The notes beneath the pieces are model-generated. The model saw nothing but the letters and a program-made list of their open reading frames with translations. It had not been told where the DNA came from and made no database searches. Shown piece after piece: positions 19,229-29,455 of a stretch of 64,000 nucleotides of DNA (its first letter is position 1; the number at the start of each line of letters is the position of its first letter). The stretch spans positions 4,392-68,391 of the forward strand of contig NZ_KN050773.1 in NCBI RefSeq assembly GCF_000745895.1, given 5' to 3'. Origin of the DNA: Stenoxybacter acetivorans DSM 19021 (GTDB lineage Bacteria > Pseudomonadota > Gammaproteobacteria > Burkholderiales > Neisseriaceae). The position numbers and the translations under genes are program-made.

Positions 19229-19572
19229 GTGAACGTAAATTAACGGGCGCACATTACGGCCTGCGCGATTGGGCGATGCAGCGCATCACTGCTGTGGTCA
19301 TGCTGGTGTACACTGCTTTCTTGTTGGCAGCCATTGTCTTAATGCCATCTGCATATGAAGCATGGCAAGCATTTTTTGCACAAACTTGGGTGCGTTTGGT
19401 AACCCAAATTGCTGTGATTGCTTTGATATTGCACGCTTGGGTGGGTATTCGTGATTTGTGGATGGACTACATAAAACCATTCGGCAAACGTTTGTTCTTA
19501 CACATTGCCACTATTTTGTGGCTGCTCGGCTGTTTGATTTATTCGATTAAAGTTATTTGGGGGGTCGCATGA
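19225..19572 (+). CDS. sdhD: succinate dehydrogenase hydrophobic membrane anchor
   Basis: ATGA overlap with sdhC and sdhA. Confidence 0.8.
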   Translation: MSERKLTGAHYGLRDWAMQRITAVVMLVYTAFLLAAIVLMPSAYEAWQAFFAQTWVRLVTQIAVIALILHAWVGIRDLWMDYIKPFGKRLFLHIATILWLLGCLIYSIKVIWGVA

Positions 19573-21344
19573 GTTTTCCCACGAATTTTCCCGTTCGCCG
19601 TTTTGACGCTGTTATCGTTGGCGGTGGTGGTGCCGGTTTACGCGCGGCATTGGAATTATCCAAAGCCGGCTTAAATACCGTTGTTTTATCCAAAGTATTC
19701 CCCACTCGTTCTCACACCGTAGCGGCACAAGGCGGCATCTCCGCCTCTTTGGGTAATGTGCAGGAAGACCGCTGGGATTGGCACATGTACGACACCGTTA
19801 AAGGTTCAGATTGGCTCGGCGATCAAGATGCCATTGAATTCATGACCCGCCGTGCACCCGATGCCGTCATCGAATTGGAACACATGGGCATGCCGTTTGA
19901 CCGCGTGGAATCAGGCAAAATTTATCAGCGTCCGTTTGGCGGACACACTGCCGAACATGGCAAACGTGCGGTAGAACGTGCATGCGCCGTAGCAGACCGT
20001 ACCGGTCATGCCATGCTGCACACTTTGTACCAACAAAATGTCCGTGCCAATACTCAATTTTTCGTAGAATGGATGGCACTGGATTTAATTCGCGATGAAA
20101 ACGGTGATGTCATTGGTGTTACTGCCATGGAAATGGAAACCGGAGACGTCTATATTCTTCATGCCAAAGCAGTTTTGTTTGCGACCGGCGGCGCAGGTCG
20201 TATCTACGCCTCATCCACCAACGCGTTCATGAACACCGGCGACGGTTTAGGCATGGCGGCGCGTGCGGGTATTCCTTTGGAAGATATGGAATTTTGGCAA
20301 TTTCACCCCACCGGCGTTGCCGGCGCGGGCGTATTGATTACCGAAGGTGTGCGCGGTGAAGGCGGTATCTTGCTTAACAGCGAAGGCGAGCGTTTCATGG
20401 AACGTTACGCACCCACTGTTAAAGACTTGGCTTCCCGTGATGTGGTTTCTCGCGCCATGGCAATGGAAATTCATGAGGGTCGCGGCGTCGGCAAAAACAA
20501 AGATTATGTATTGCTGAAACTGGATCATTTGGGTGCAGAAAAAATCATGGAAAAACTGCCGGGCATTCGTGAAATTGCGATCCAATTTGCCGGCGTTGAT
20601 CCGATTAAAGACCCGATTCCCGTTGTACCGACTTGCCACTACATGATGGGCGGCATTCCCACCAACTACCACGGCGAAGTGGTTGCTCCGCAAGGCAGTA
20701 ATCCCGAAGCAGTGGTAAAAGGTTTCTATGCTGCGGGTGAATGTGCATGTGCTTCGGTTCACGGTGCAAATCGTCTTGGGACAAATTCATTATTGGATTT
20801 GGTGGTATTCGGTAAAGCCGCGGGCGACAGCATGATTGAGTTCATCAAAAATTACGGCGAACTCAAACCATTGCCTGAAGATGCTTCTGCCAAAACTTTA
20901 GCGCGTTTAAACCGCTTGGAAAATCAAACCAACGGCGAGAAAGTAGATGATGTACGCACTGAATTACAGCGTTGCGTACAATCCCATGCCGGTGTATTCC
21001 GTACCGACAAAGTCTTGCAAGACGGCGTGGAACGCATTCGCGAAATCGCCGAACGTGTTGCCAAAACCGAAATCACCGACAAAAGCAAAGTATGGAACAC
21101 CGCCCGCTTAGAAGCTTTGGAATTGGATAATTTGATTGAAGTGGCGCAGGCTACCCTTGTTTCTGCCGAAGCACGCAAAGAATCGCGCGGTGCGCATGCC
21201 TCTGACGATCATCCCAACCGCGATGATGAAAACTGGATGAAACACACCTTGTATTTCGCCGAAGGCCAACGTTTAACTTATAAACCGGTGCACACCAAAC
21301 CTTTGAGTGTGGAATACATCGAACCGGCCAAGCGCGTTTATTAA
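19569..21344 (+). CDS. sdhA: succinate dehydrogenase flavoprotein subunit
   Basis: FAD-binding N-terminal motif [15 protein letters not shown], followed by the covalent-FAD His region ([10 protein letters not shown]). Confidence 0.9.
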   Translation: MSFPTNFPVRRFDAVIVGGGGAGLRAALELSKAGLNTVVLSKVFPTRSHTVAAQGGISASLGNVQEDRWDWHMYDTVKGSDWLGDQDAIEFMTRRAPDAVIELEHMGMPFDRVESGKIYQRPFGGHTAEHGKRAVERACAVADRTGHAMLHTLYQQNVRANTQFFVEWMALDLIRDENGDVIGVTAMEMETGDVYILHAKAVLFATGGAGRIYASSTNAFMNTGDGLGMAARAGIPLEDMEFWQFHPTGVAGAGVLITEGVRGEGGILLNSEGERFMERYAPTVKDLASRDVVSRAMAMEIHEGRGVGKNKDYVLLKLDHLGAEKIMEKLPGIREIAIQFAGVDPIKDPIPVVPTCHYMMGGIPTNYHGEVVAPQGSNPEAVVKGFYAAGECACASVHGANRLGTNSLLDLVVFGKAAGDSMIEFIKNYGELKPLPEDASAKTLARLNRLENQTNGEKVDDVRTELQRCVQSHAGVFRTDKVLQDGVERIREIAERVAKTEITDKSKVWNTARLEALELDNLIEVAQATLVSAEARKESRGAHASDDHPNRDDENWMKHTLYFAEGQRLTYKPVHTKPLSVEYIEPAKRVY

Positions 21345-21370
21345 AAGCGTACACACAGGAATCACAAACC

Positions 21371-22075
21371 ATGGAAAAAATACGTTTTCAAATATACCGC
21401 TATAATCCCGACGTCGATGCCAAGCCTTATATGCAAAACTACGAGGTGGAGGTTGAACCGACAGACGTTAAATTATTAGATGTTTTGATTAAACTCAAAG
21501 CTCAAGATGACAGCCTATCGTTTCGCCGTTCCTGCCGCGAAGGTATTTGCGGGTCTGACGGCATGAACATCAACGGCAAAAACGGCTTGGCTTGTTTAAC
21601 CGATATTCGCAGCTTAAAGCAGCCGATTGCCTTACGCCCTTTGCCCGGCTTACCGGTTATCCGCGATTTAATCGTGGACATGACACAGTTTTTCAATCAA
21701 TACCACTCCATCAAACCCTATTTGGTGAATAATCATCCCGTGCCGGACGGCGAACGTTTGCAAACGCAAGCCGAGCGCAAAGAGTTAGACGGATTATACG
21801 AGTGTGTTTTGTGCGCTTGCTGTTCAACTGCTTGCCCATCGTTCTGGTGGAATCCCGATAAATTTGTCGGCCCGTCCGGTTTGCTCAACGCCTATCGCTT
21901 CATTGTTGACAGCCGCGATACCATCACCAACGAGCGTTTGGACTATTTAAACGATCCCTATCGCCTGTTTCGCTGCCACACCATCATGCAGTGTGTTGAT
22001 GTGTGTCCGAAACACCTGAATCCGACCCGAGCCATCGGTAAGATTAAGGAAGTTATGTTGAAACGAGCAATGTAA
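21371..22075 (+). CDS. sdhB: succinate dehydrogenase iron-sulfur subunit
   Basis: 2Fe-2S, 4Fe-4S and 3Fe-4S cysteine clusters. Confidence 0.9.
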   Translation: MEKIRFQIYRYNPDVDAKPYMQNYEVEVEPTDVKLLDVLIKLKAQDDSLSFRRSCREGICGSDGMNINGKNGLACLTDIRSLKQPIALRPLPGLPVIRDLIVDMTQFFNQYHSIKPYLVNNHPVPDGERLQTQAERKELDGLYECVLCACCSTACPSFWWNPDKFVGPSGLLNAYRFIVDSRDTITNERLDYLNDPYRLFRCHTIMQCVDVCPKHLNPTRAIGKIKEVMLKRAM

Positions 22076-22335
22076 TGCCGGCTGACACAACCGTGTTTAG
22101 CAATGCTGCCAAACGGCGTATCCGCTGGCTGATGCGCCGCGGCTTGCTTGAACTGGATATTTTGCTTGAACGATTTATGGTTAAAGAATTTGACGCATTA
22201 TCGGATAATGAATTAACCTTATTGACTCAATTGCTTGATTCTCCCGATCAGGAATTTCTGGCTTGGGTTAATCAAACCGAAATCTGCAGTAATCCCGCTT
22301 TCCGGCCATTGTTGGAAAAAATCAGACAGGCGTAA
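22075..22335 (+). CDS. sdhE: FAD assembly factor SdhE (DUF339/YgfY)
   Basis: RIRW..RRG..ELD.LL..F motif. Confidence 0.75.
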   Translation: MPADTTVFSNAAKRRIRWLMRRGLLELDILLERFMVKEFDALSDNELTLLTQLLDSPDQEFLAWVNQTEICSNPAFRPLLEKIRQA

Positions 22336-22378
22336 CGGCTTCCTTTTGAAACTTGGATTGGATATACTCAATCGAAGT

Positions 22379-22393
22379 TTCAGGCAGCCTGAA
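22379..22393. repeat. DUS-like 15-mer
   Basis: ttcaggcagcctgaa. Confidence 0.9.
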
Positions 22394-22430
22394 ATCTGTT
22401 TTCATTAAGTAAAATAATAAGGAGTTAGAG

Positions 22431-23711
22431 ATGTCTCGAGCCATTCTCAATATTGAAGGCAAAGATGCTTTGGATTTGCCGGTATTATCAGGTACTTTAG
22501 GACCTGACGTTCTTGACATCCGCAAATTGTATGCGGGTACGGACATGTTCACTTTTGACCCCGGTTTCACCTCCACTGCATCATGTGAATCCAAAATCAC
22601 TTTTATTGATGGTGATAAAGGGCAATTGTACTATCGCGGCTATCCGATTGAGCAATTGGCGGAACACAGCAGTTTTCTGGAAACCTGCTATTTACTGCTC
22701 TACGGTGAATTGCCGAATGCCAAGCAAAAAGAAGAGTTTGAAAATGGCGTATTGCACCACAACATGGTGCATGAACAATTAACTTGGTTTTTCCGAGGAT
22801 TCCGCCGTGATGCGCACCCCATGGCGATGATGGTTGGTGTTGTCGGTGCATTGGCAGCGTTTTATCAAGACAGCTTGGACATCAACAACCCCGAGCATCG
22901 CCGCATTGCCGAATTCCGCTTAATTGCGAAAATCCCCACCATCGCCGCAATGTGTTATCGTTACTCTACGGGCAAACCCTTTAATTTCCCAAAAAACAGC
23001 CTGTCATACACAGCCAACTTCATGCACATGATGTTTGCCATGCCTACTCAGGAGTACACCCCCAATCCCATCTTAGTACGTGCCTTAGACCGCATCTTCA
23101 TCTTGCATGCCGATCATGAGCAAAACGCTTCTACTTCCACAGTACGTTTATCCGGTTCTTCCGGTGCTAATCCATTTGCTTGTATTGCTGCCGGTATCGC
23201 TTGCTTGTGGGGGCCTGCACACGGCGGAGCCAATGAAGCCGTACTGAAAATGCTGGACGAAATCGGCGATGTTTCCCGCGTTCCCGAATTCATGGAAGGT
23301 GTAAAAGAGCGCAAATACCGCTTAATGGGTTTTGGTCACCGCGTTTACAAAAACATGGACCCGCGCGCCAAAATCATGAAACAAACCTGTGATGAGGTAT
23401 TAAACGAACTGGGTTTGCATAACGACCCCAAATTCAAATTGGCAATGGAATTAGAAAAAATCGCCCTGAACGATCCCTATTTCATTGAGCGCAAACTGTA
23501 TCCGAATGTAGATTTCTATTCAGGTATCGTTCTAAGCGCGTTAAAAATCCCTGTATCCATGTTCACAGTGATTTTTGCCTTGGCACGTACTGTAGGCTGG
23601 GTATCTCATTGGCACGAAATGATCGCCGATCCGCACCAAAAAATCGGTCGCCCGCGTCAGCTATACACCGGTTCAGAACGCCGTGATTATATTCCTGTGG
23701 ATAAACGTTAA
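22431..23711 (+). CDS. gltA: citrate synthase
   Basis: Recognised as type II citrate synthase from the overall 426-aa protein, including GFGHRVYK-type motifs. Confidence 0.9.
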   Translation: MSRAILNIEGKDALDLPVLSGTLGPDVLDIRKLYAGTDMFTFDPGFTSTASCESKITFIDGDKGQLYYRGYPIEQLAEHSSFLETCYLLLYGELPNAKQKEEFENGVLHHNMVHEQLTWFFRGFRRDAHPMAMMVGVVGALAAFYQDSLDINNPEHRRIAEFRLIAKIPTIAAMCYRYSTGKPFNFPKNSLSYTANFMHMMFAMPTQEYTPNPILVRALDRIFILHADHEQNASTSTVRLSGSSGANPFACIAAGIACLWGPAHGGANEAVLKMLDEIGDVSRVPEFMEGVKERKYRLMGFGHRVYKNMDPRAKIMKQTCDEVLNELGLHNDPKFKLAMELEKIALNDPYFIERKLYPNVDFYSGIVLSALKIPVSMFTVIFALARTVGWVSHWHEMIADPHQKIGRPRQLYTGSERRDYIPVDKR

Positions 23712-23739
23712 TTCATTGATTTATTGGGTTTAACCTGTT

Positions 23740-23770
23740 TTCAGGCAGCCTAAAGGCTGCCTGAATTTTT
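23740..23770 (+). terminator. inverted DUS pair forming a rho-independent terminator after gltA
   Basis: ttcaggcagcc-taaa-ggctgcctgaa followed by ttttt. Confidence 0.75.
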
Positions 23771-23798
23771 GGAGCTGTACTGGGGGGCTGCGGATATT

Positions 23799-24972
23799 TA
23801 AAAACTCAGCGTGAGCGGCAGTGAATGCATATGACCGCTTAGTTGCTGATGAGCGATTTTTCTAAGCTGCCTGTGCGGCAGTGAACAACGCGATGCAGCT
23901 GTTCTATAGCAGTGTATGTTTCTAAGCTGCCTGTGCGGCAGTGAACACTTTGTAGAACTTCCGGCTTGCTGCATATCATTTCTAAGCTGCCTGTGCGGCA
24001 GTGAACCCGTTATTTATTTTTATTGTGTTGCCGTTGCTTTTCTAAGCTGCCTGTGCGGCAGTGAACGAGACGGCATCGGCATACGTAACCGCCGCCATGT
24101 TTCTAAGCTGCCTGTGCGGCAGTGAACACTGAAATCACTGAAAATAATAACGGATATGATTTCTAAGCTGCCTGTGCGGCAGTGAACAGCTGGTATGTTT
24201 AACCGATTCTATTGAACTATTTCTAAGCTGCCTGTGCGGCAGTGAACTCCTTTTGTGAAAAAAACTCAAGTGATGATTTTTTCTAAGCTGCCTGTGCGGC
24301 AGTGAACCCCCAGCTGAATTTAATTATTTGGAAATCGCATTTCTAAGCTGCCTGTGCGGCAGTGAACGTTGTTCGGCTGCCATTGAGACAAGTCTGTCTT
24401 TTCTAAGCTGCCTGTGCGGCAGTGAACTGTTGTTCTTGGGCGTTTTGTTGTTGGTTGGCTTTCTAAGCTGCCTGTGCGGCAGTGAACGTTTTTAAAAAGC
24501 AATTAAAAGCACTTTAATATTTCTAAGCTGCCTGTGCGGCAGTGAACTTTCGGCGATATTTTTGTCAATTCGTCAAACAATTTCTAAGCTGCCTGTGCGG
24601 CAGTGAACTTAAAATCTTGCCGCCCGTTGCTACACGGGGTTTTCTAAGCTGCCTGTGCGGCAGTGAACATCAAGCAGCTGAAAATCACCCGATGCGGTGT
24701 CCTTTCTAAGCTGCCTGTGCGGCAGTGAACTGCTCAACAGTACTGAATATGGCTGGCGATCTTTTCTAAGCTGCCTGTGCGGCAGTGAACAGAGCCGGAA
24801 AGCCACCCTGTATTGTCGTCTGTTTCTAAGCTGCCTGTGCGGCAGTGAACATTGCAGTTCAGCGAGCTGGAAAGCGGCACGGCTTTCTAAGCTGCCTGTG
24901 CGGCAGTGAACATTACGGCAATCAGAATGAAGAATTAACCGATCTTTCTAAGCTGCCTGTGCGGCAGTGAAC
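23799..24972 (-). CRISPR. type I-F CRISPR array 1: 19 full 28-bp repeats plus a degenerate terminal repeat (23799-23826); 32-34 bp spacers; leader on the right (24973-25195)
   Basis: TTTCTAAGCTGCCTGTGCGGCAGTGAAC on the plus strand is the reverse complement of the I-F consensus repeat GTTCACTGCCGCACAGGCAGCTTAGAAA. Period is 60-62 bp. Confidence 0.95.
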
Positions 24973-25195
24973 AGGAGTAAAAAAATACAATACACTGATA
25001 ACAATAACTTAATCAACCTTTCAGCCTAAAAACCCTTTTTTAGAGTACTAAAATATTTTATATAAAAATCATATAATTAAAAAAACACCTAAAAAAAGGG
25101 TCAGCTCGGAGCGCAACAGTATTTGTCAGTAGGGCTGGCTATAAAGCTAAATTTGTCAAAGAAAAACCGAGTGGACTCCCACCCGATTTACTGAA

Positions 25196-25753
25196 CTAAA
25201 ACCAGGGGATGGTTGCTTCTGCACTCAAGCCGTAGCTGCTGAATTGTCCGCAGGAGGGTGATTGCTGTGGTTCCCCGTGCTGGATAAATAGCCGAAACGC
25301 CTGCTTTGAAGACAAGCTTTTCATCTGAATAAAAGGCAGTTTGCAACTCTGGTTTTGGTGATTCAGAACGCGTTGTTGCGCTTCCTCCTCCGTTATCCAC
25401 CCTTTACGCACCGAGCGCCGTAATAGTCGATCGGCACTGCTTTTAACCTGTATGCGCGATACGTTTCTCCAGCTTTTAATTTCCGGAATGGGTAGTACTT
25501 CTGAGGTGGTGCAGTAATCATTCAGCCCTGCTCGCCAGCCGGTCGCCTCCAGAGTCTCAAGCACCGCCCGCTCACTGTGCAAACGTACCACTTCACCCAG
25601 CGTCGTTTCCTCATACCCAGGAAAACTCACACCGACATCGCCTTTTCCGTGAGCCACAAGTGCTCGATGAAGTTTGGCAAACAAGGCTGAAAGTAAAATT
25701 GATGCCTTAAATTCAGGGTCTGGGAGGACACGAATATCCTGATAGCTATCCAT
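25196..25753 (-). CDS. cas6f: CRISPR endoribonuclease Cas6f (Csy4)
   Basis: The N-terminus MDSYQDIRVLPDPEF is Csy4-like. The ORF sits next to the leader and array. Confidence 0.85.
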   Translation of the reverse strand: MDSYQDIRVLPDPEFKASILLSALFAKLHRALVAHGKGDVGVSFPGYEETTLGEVVRLHSERAVLETLEATGWRAGLNDYCTTSEVLPIPEIKSWRNVSRIQVKSSADRLLRRSVRKGWITEEEAQQRVLNHQNQSCKLPFIQMKSLSSKQAFRLFIQHGEPQQSPSCGQFSSYGLSAEATIPWF

Positions 25754-25766
25754 GAGTGTGTCCTTA

Positions 25767-26759
25767 TTATTCTTTCTCACCAAACACGCCGCCACGGATC
25801 AGCACAGCCATCACAAAATGCTGCTGTTCCACCGGTGGTTTATCGCCTTTTATTACCCAGTTATCCAACAGAGTATAAAAGTCCACCTTCTCTTTTGGCT
25901 GGCGGCATGCCACACCGCGGCTGGTGACAGAACCATACGGTTCTACCGCAATAGCACCGAGTGTTTCTACCTGCGGATGCCAGGTATCAATGGTTCTCAA
26001 GGCGTTACCTACTTTCTGCGAATGCAGGGCAGCCACACCATCTACCTGATACAACACTTTGCTTTTGGTACTGTTGCTGTCAAGTACCAGCTCCTGGGAC
26101 GGGAATACTTCCTGCCCTTGCCCCAGGCGCACATACGCTTCAACATTCAACAGTACGAAGCCATCGCCCTTCAAACCGTGTTCGATTTCTGCCGCCAGCT
26201 CTTTCAGCTGTTTGTCGCTGTTTTTGAAGTCACGCAACGAATAATCATGGGCGTTAAACTCCCAGTTTTTTGTTCCTTTAACAATCACTCGCACATGCTC
26301 TGCACCCACGCGGTTACGCCACAGGAAGCGACCATTTGCCAGGTTAGAAGCATAACGCAATGCCAATTCAGCAAAACCATGCTCCGCAATATAGCCATTG
26401 ATCACGCCTTCCAGCTCCGCCTGATACTCTCTGTTATTGCAGACCGATGGCGTTGCCAGATTACCCAACACCCGCAGGCTGAATTCTATTTTTAAGGTAT
26501 CCGCTTCGGCAGGCAAAGCCGCCACATCCACGCGTTGCAGGTTGGCTTTTTGAATTTCAGCATCCAGTTTCGCAGGGTCGCTGGTAATCGCATTTTTCAG
26601 CCGGTTGGAAATGGTTCCTCGTACCGCCTTCTCCTGTACTTTCACTGCCTGCCAACTGTCACCCTGCCAGTTACCTGAAAATAACAGCGCATCAGAGTTC
26701 GCCAGCTTACGTTCAAAAGCCAGTACAGATGCTGTTTTAATCGTTGAATTTTTAGCCAT
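25767..26759 (-). CDS. csy3: type I-F Csy3 (Cas7f)
   Basis: Size and position in the operon. Confidence 0.8.
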   Translation of the reverse strand: MAKNSTIKTASVLAFERKLANSDALLFSGNWQGDSWQAVKVQEKAVRGTISNRLKNAITSDPAKLDAEIQKANLQRVDVAALPAEADTLKIEFSLRVLGNLATPSVCNNREYQAELEGVINGYIAEHGFAELALRYASNLANGRFLWRNRVGAEHVRVIVKGTKNWEFNAHDYSLRDFKNSDKQLKELAAEIEHGLKGDGFVLLNVEAYVRLGQGQEVFPSQELVLDSNSTKSKVLYQVDGVAALHSQKVGNALRTIDTWHPQVETLGAIAVEPYGSVTSRGVACRQPKEKVDFYTLLDNWVIKGDKPPVEQQHFVMAVLIRGGVFGEKE

Positions 26760-26770
26760 GATGTCATCCT

Positions 26771-27703
26771 TTAATTGTCATCAAAATTGATGGGGTCGTC
26801 TTTGTCTTGCGCTTCATCTTCTTGAGCAAATTGCCCGCAGCAGTAATAGCCGGTTTCTGTGGTGCGATAATGCCAAAATATTTCCTCAGGAGCTTCAATA
26901 CGGTGAATGCCGCGCCATTCGCCAACGCCATAAACGGCTTCTGTAAAACAGAACGGCGACTGAGCATCACGTGCATTTGCCACAACACCGGCGTGATAAA
27001 GAGGAGATATGCGCTGCCACCCGGTCATCAGCGGAACCAGATAGCCAGGAGCAGGTTTCTGCTGATATTGCCAGTCCCCTGACTCATTGGCTTTCATTTT
27101 GAATGCCGCAAAATCGAGCCAAGCATCAAACATTTCCGCATCAGGCTGTTGCTGATGCAGTTGTTGAAAATGATCCTTCAGTAAAGCGGAGCGATCCAAC
27201 AGAACAAATCCCGGCATCAGGCTGTAACGGATCGCACGCCAATTTTTGTCATCGGCGGTAAGTGCGCAAATACGGACATTACGTATATCCGTAATGAAGC
27301 CACCCGCCAGCTTTTGTGTCTGGCATAGCACTTTCATGTGCTGCGCCAGCTCCTGGAACCCCACTTCACCATTCTTAATTTCCCCGTGACATTCCAGCAA
27401 CAAGGAAACTGTCATGTGCATTCGCCCTTCCTCATTAAAAGAGGCTGTCTCTCCTTCCTTTGTTAGCGGATTGCGGGTTAAAGCAAATTGATAATCCCAT
27501 CCTGAGGTATGGGCATGAACCTGATGACTGTGGCACACCACACCACACCCGTTCAGCGTTAGTCCATGGCTGGCTTCGAGCTTTCGCGACAGCGCATGTG
27601 TATACCCGAGAAAATGGGTAATTGCCGGAAACCCCCATGTTAGCCCGGCAATGGCATTTGCGTTCTCCACCTTCAGCCGGTGTAAAATAATGAGCTTACT
27701 CAT
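26771..27703 (-). CDS. csy2: type I-F Csy2 (Cas5f)
   Basis: Size and position in the operon. Confidence 0.8.
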   Translation of the reverse strand: MSKLIILHRLKVENANAIAGLTWGFPAITHFLGYTHALSRKLEASHGLTLNGCGVVCHSHQVHAHTSGWDYQFALTRNPLTKEGETASFNEEGRMHMTVSLLLECHGEIKNGEVGFQELAQHMKVLCQTQKLAGGFITDIRNVRICALTADDKNWRAIRYSLMPGFVLLDRSALLKDHFQQLHQQQPDAEMFDAWLDFAAFKMKANESGDWQYQQKPAPGYLVPLMTGWQRISPLYHAGVVANARDAQSPFCFTEAVYGVGEWRGIHRIEAPEEIFWHYRTTETGYYCCGQFAQEDEAQDKDDPINFDDN

Positions 27704-29009
27704 GGCGGTATCTCCTGAAATCCAGCTCTATCTCGTGTAAACGCTGATGGAACTTTGTTTGCCACTCTCTCCGTTCCACCAGCTCCACACTTAATCCCCC
27801 TTTTTTAAGGTGATCATTCAGCCAGAGGGCAAAATCGTTCGCTACACTCACCTGCCAATCATCTTTATCACGTTCGGCGCGAAAAATTTCATCAATATTA
27901 ACCCGATAAGGGTCAAGCCAAAACTGCTGATGCCGTTTTAATTGACACGCGCTATCCTTGCTATCCTTCGTCCAGCCCGCCCAGTCTTCGCGTTGAATGC
28001 CCGCAGCAATATTGAATAACAGGTCAATAAGCTCATCAATATAGCGATCACGCTGCCGTCGGATTTTGGCATTCTTTTTTTCGCCGGTACTGACCAACAA
28101 ATGAATAAGTTGACGCAGTGTCTGCTTCGTCGCACGTTTAAAAGAACCAGAGTCAAAAATCGTGGTCATCGTAAGTGGCTTTTTATCCTGTTTTTCCCAG
28201 ACAGGCGGGCTGGCAGGAAGCAGCCATACACGCCCGCCTCGCTCACTGTTCAACTTCGAGATATTTTGCGGTTTTGTACCGCCAAAATTGACCACAGCGG
28301 TATTGGGGAATATGACCAGCATTTCTGAGTGCCATTTCTTTTCATGGCGCGCCTGCCTGATCGCTTTTGCTTCCTCGCTAAAACGCTGCGCAACTATTTT
28401 TTGGTGTAGTGCCTGTGCCAGCGAACTGGGGAAAAGTGGATTCAGCAAGTGATAATCACCAGCAACAGGGAAATAAACCTGTTTGGCAAGTGTGTGAGAA
28501 GTTGGGTCTTTTGTCGTCAATGCCTGTGAGAAACCCGCCAACCACTCAGCAAGCTGCTCGGGTGTTTCCGCCAAAACAGCCAGTGGTGAATCATCGTTGC
28601 GTTTCAGGCACGCCAGAAGCGAGTCGCCCTCAACCTCCGTTTGCAGCAACTTAGCGATATCAAGAGCGGCGGCGTCGCCAACGATATCTTCAGCAGGGCT
28701 ACTCAGTGTTGACGTTGAAAGATAGCCTTCTTTGGTGTGGGTTTCGATAAAGATACTGCTGCTTTTCGAATCACTGTGAGTAAATTTCGCGGCATGAGTC
28801 ACGGGAAGAGTGATTCGCCTCGCTCGTTTTGCTGCATCTGTTAGCCAGTTACGCGTCTCATAGCGCAGCTCAAGTGCCTGTCGCTCCTGCAAAACTTCGC
28901 TTTCCGGCGAGTTATTTGCTGCATTCTTCTTATCGAAGGCTTCGAGCTTGGCTTGCCGTCGTCCGGCAATGTATTCCACAATAAAATCCGTTAGTTTCTT
29001 TTGTGACAT
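27696..29009 (-). CDS. csy1: type I-F Csy1 (Cas8f)
   Basis: 437 aa; overlaps the csy2 start. Confidence 0.8.
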   Translation of the reverse strand: MSQKKLTDFIVEYIAGRRQAKLEAFDKKNAANNSPESEVLQERQALELRYETRNWLTDAAKRARRITLPVTHAAKFTHSDSKSSSIFIETHTKEGYLSTSTLSSPAEDIVGDAAALDIAKLLQTEVEGDSLLACLKRNDDSPLAVLAETPEQLAEWLAGFSQALTTKDPTSHTLAKQVYFPVAGDYHLLNPLFPSSLAQALHQKIVAQRFSEEAKAIRQARHEKKWHSEMLVIFPNTAVVNFGGTKPQNISKLNSERGGRVWLLPASPPVWEKQDKKPLTMTTIFDSGSFKRATKQTLRQLIHLLVSTGEKKNAKIRRQRDRYIDELIDLLFNIAAGIQREDWAGWTKDSKDSACQLKRHQQFWLDPYRVNIDEIFRAERDKDDWQVSVANDFALWLNDHLKKGGLSVELVERREWQTKFHQRLHEIELDFRRYRHE

Positions 29010-29308
29010 ATCACATCCTTATCGTTATCGAATTTTGAACGCTCACCCAAAAGCGGAACCGGCTCCTGAATGCCCGAGAACTACCCATAAAAATGGTTTT
29101 GAACATACGCAGGTTTAACACAAAGCACAGCAACTTCTACCAGACATATGAAGAAAGCTTTTTCAAACAATTTCATAAGATCACCCATCAACAGATTTAG
29201 CACGATGATCAAAAATATACTCTTCCAAGAAATTAATGTCAATCCTATGGATTTATCAATTAATAATAATTAAAAAATTTACTAAAATATTTTTTTTTGT
29301 TAAACTCA

Positions 29309-29454
29309 CAACGCTGTCGTACAGGCAGCTTAGAAATATATGATTGCAAAAGGTCAGCTGCATTCATTGCTCACTGCCGTACAGGCAGCTTAGAAATATG
29401 GATTTATAAATTAACTAAATTTCGTCGTTTACTGCCGCACAGGCAGCTCGTGTC
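29309..29454 (+). CRISPR. mini CRISPR array (3 repeats, 2 spacers) between the cas2-3 stop and the csy1 start, on the opposite strand to the cas operon
   Basis: The central repeat is gctcactgccgtacaggcagcttagaaa (29369-29396). It is flanked by two 32-bp spacers and then by degenerate repeats at 29309-29336 and 29427-29454. Confidence 0.7.
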
Positions 29455-29455
29455 C

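Noticed and set aside
23916-24909. ORFs 23916-24125, 24320-24502 and 24697-24909 encoding repeated LSCLCGSE peptides
   Set aside because: These are translations of the CRISPR repeat itself (array 1), not genes.
29010-29300. Small ORFs such as the 35-aa ATG at 29093 in the csy1 upstream region, considered as anti-CRISPR or regulator candidates
   Set aside because: There is no RBS and no conservation evidence, and the region is AT-rich where short ORFs arise by chance. They are not reported as features.
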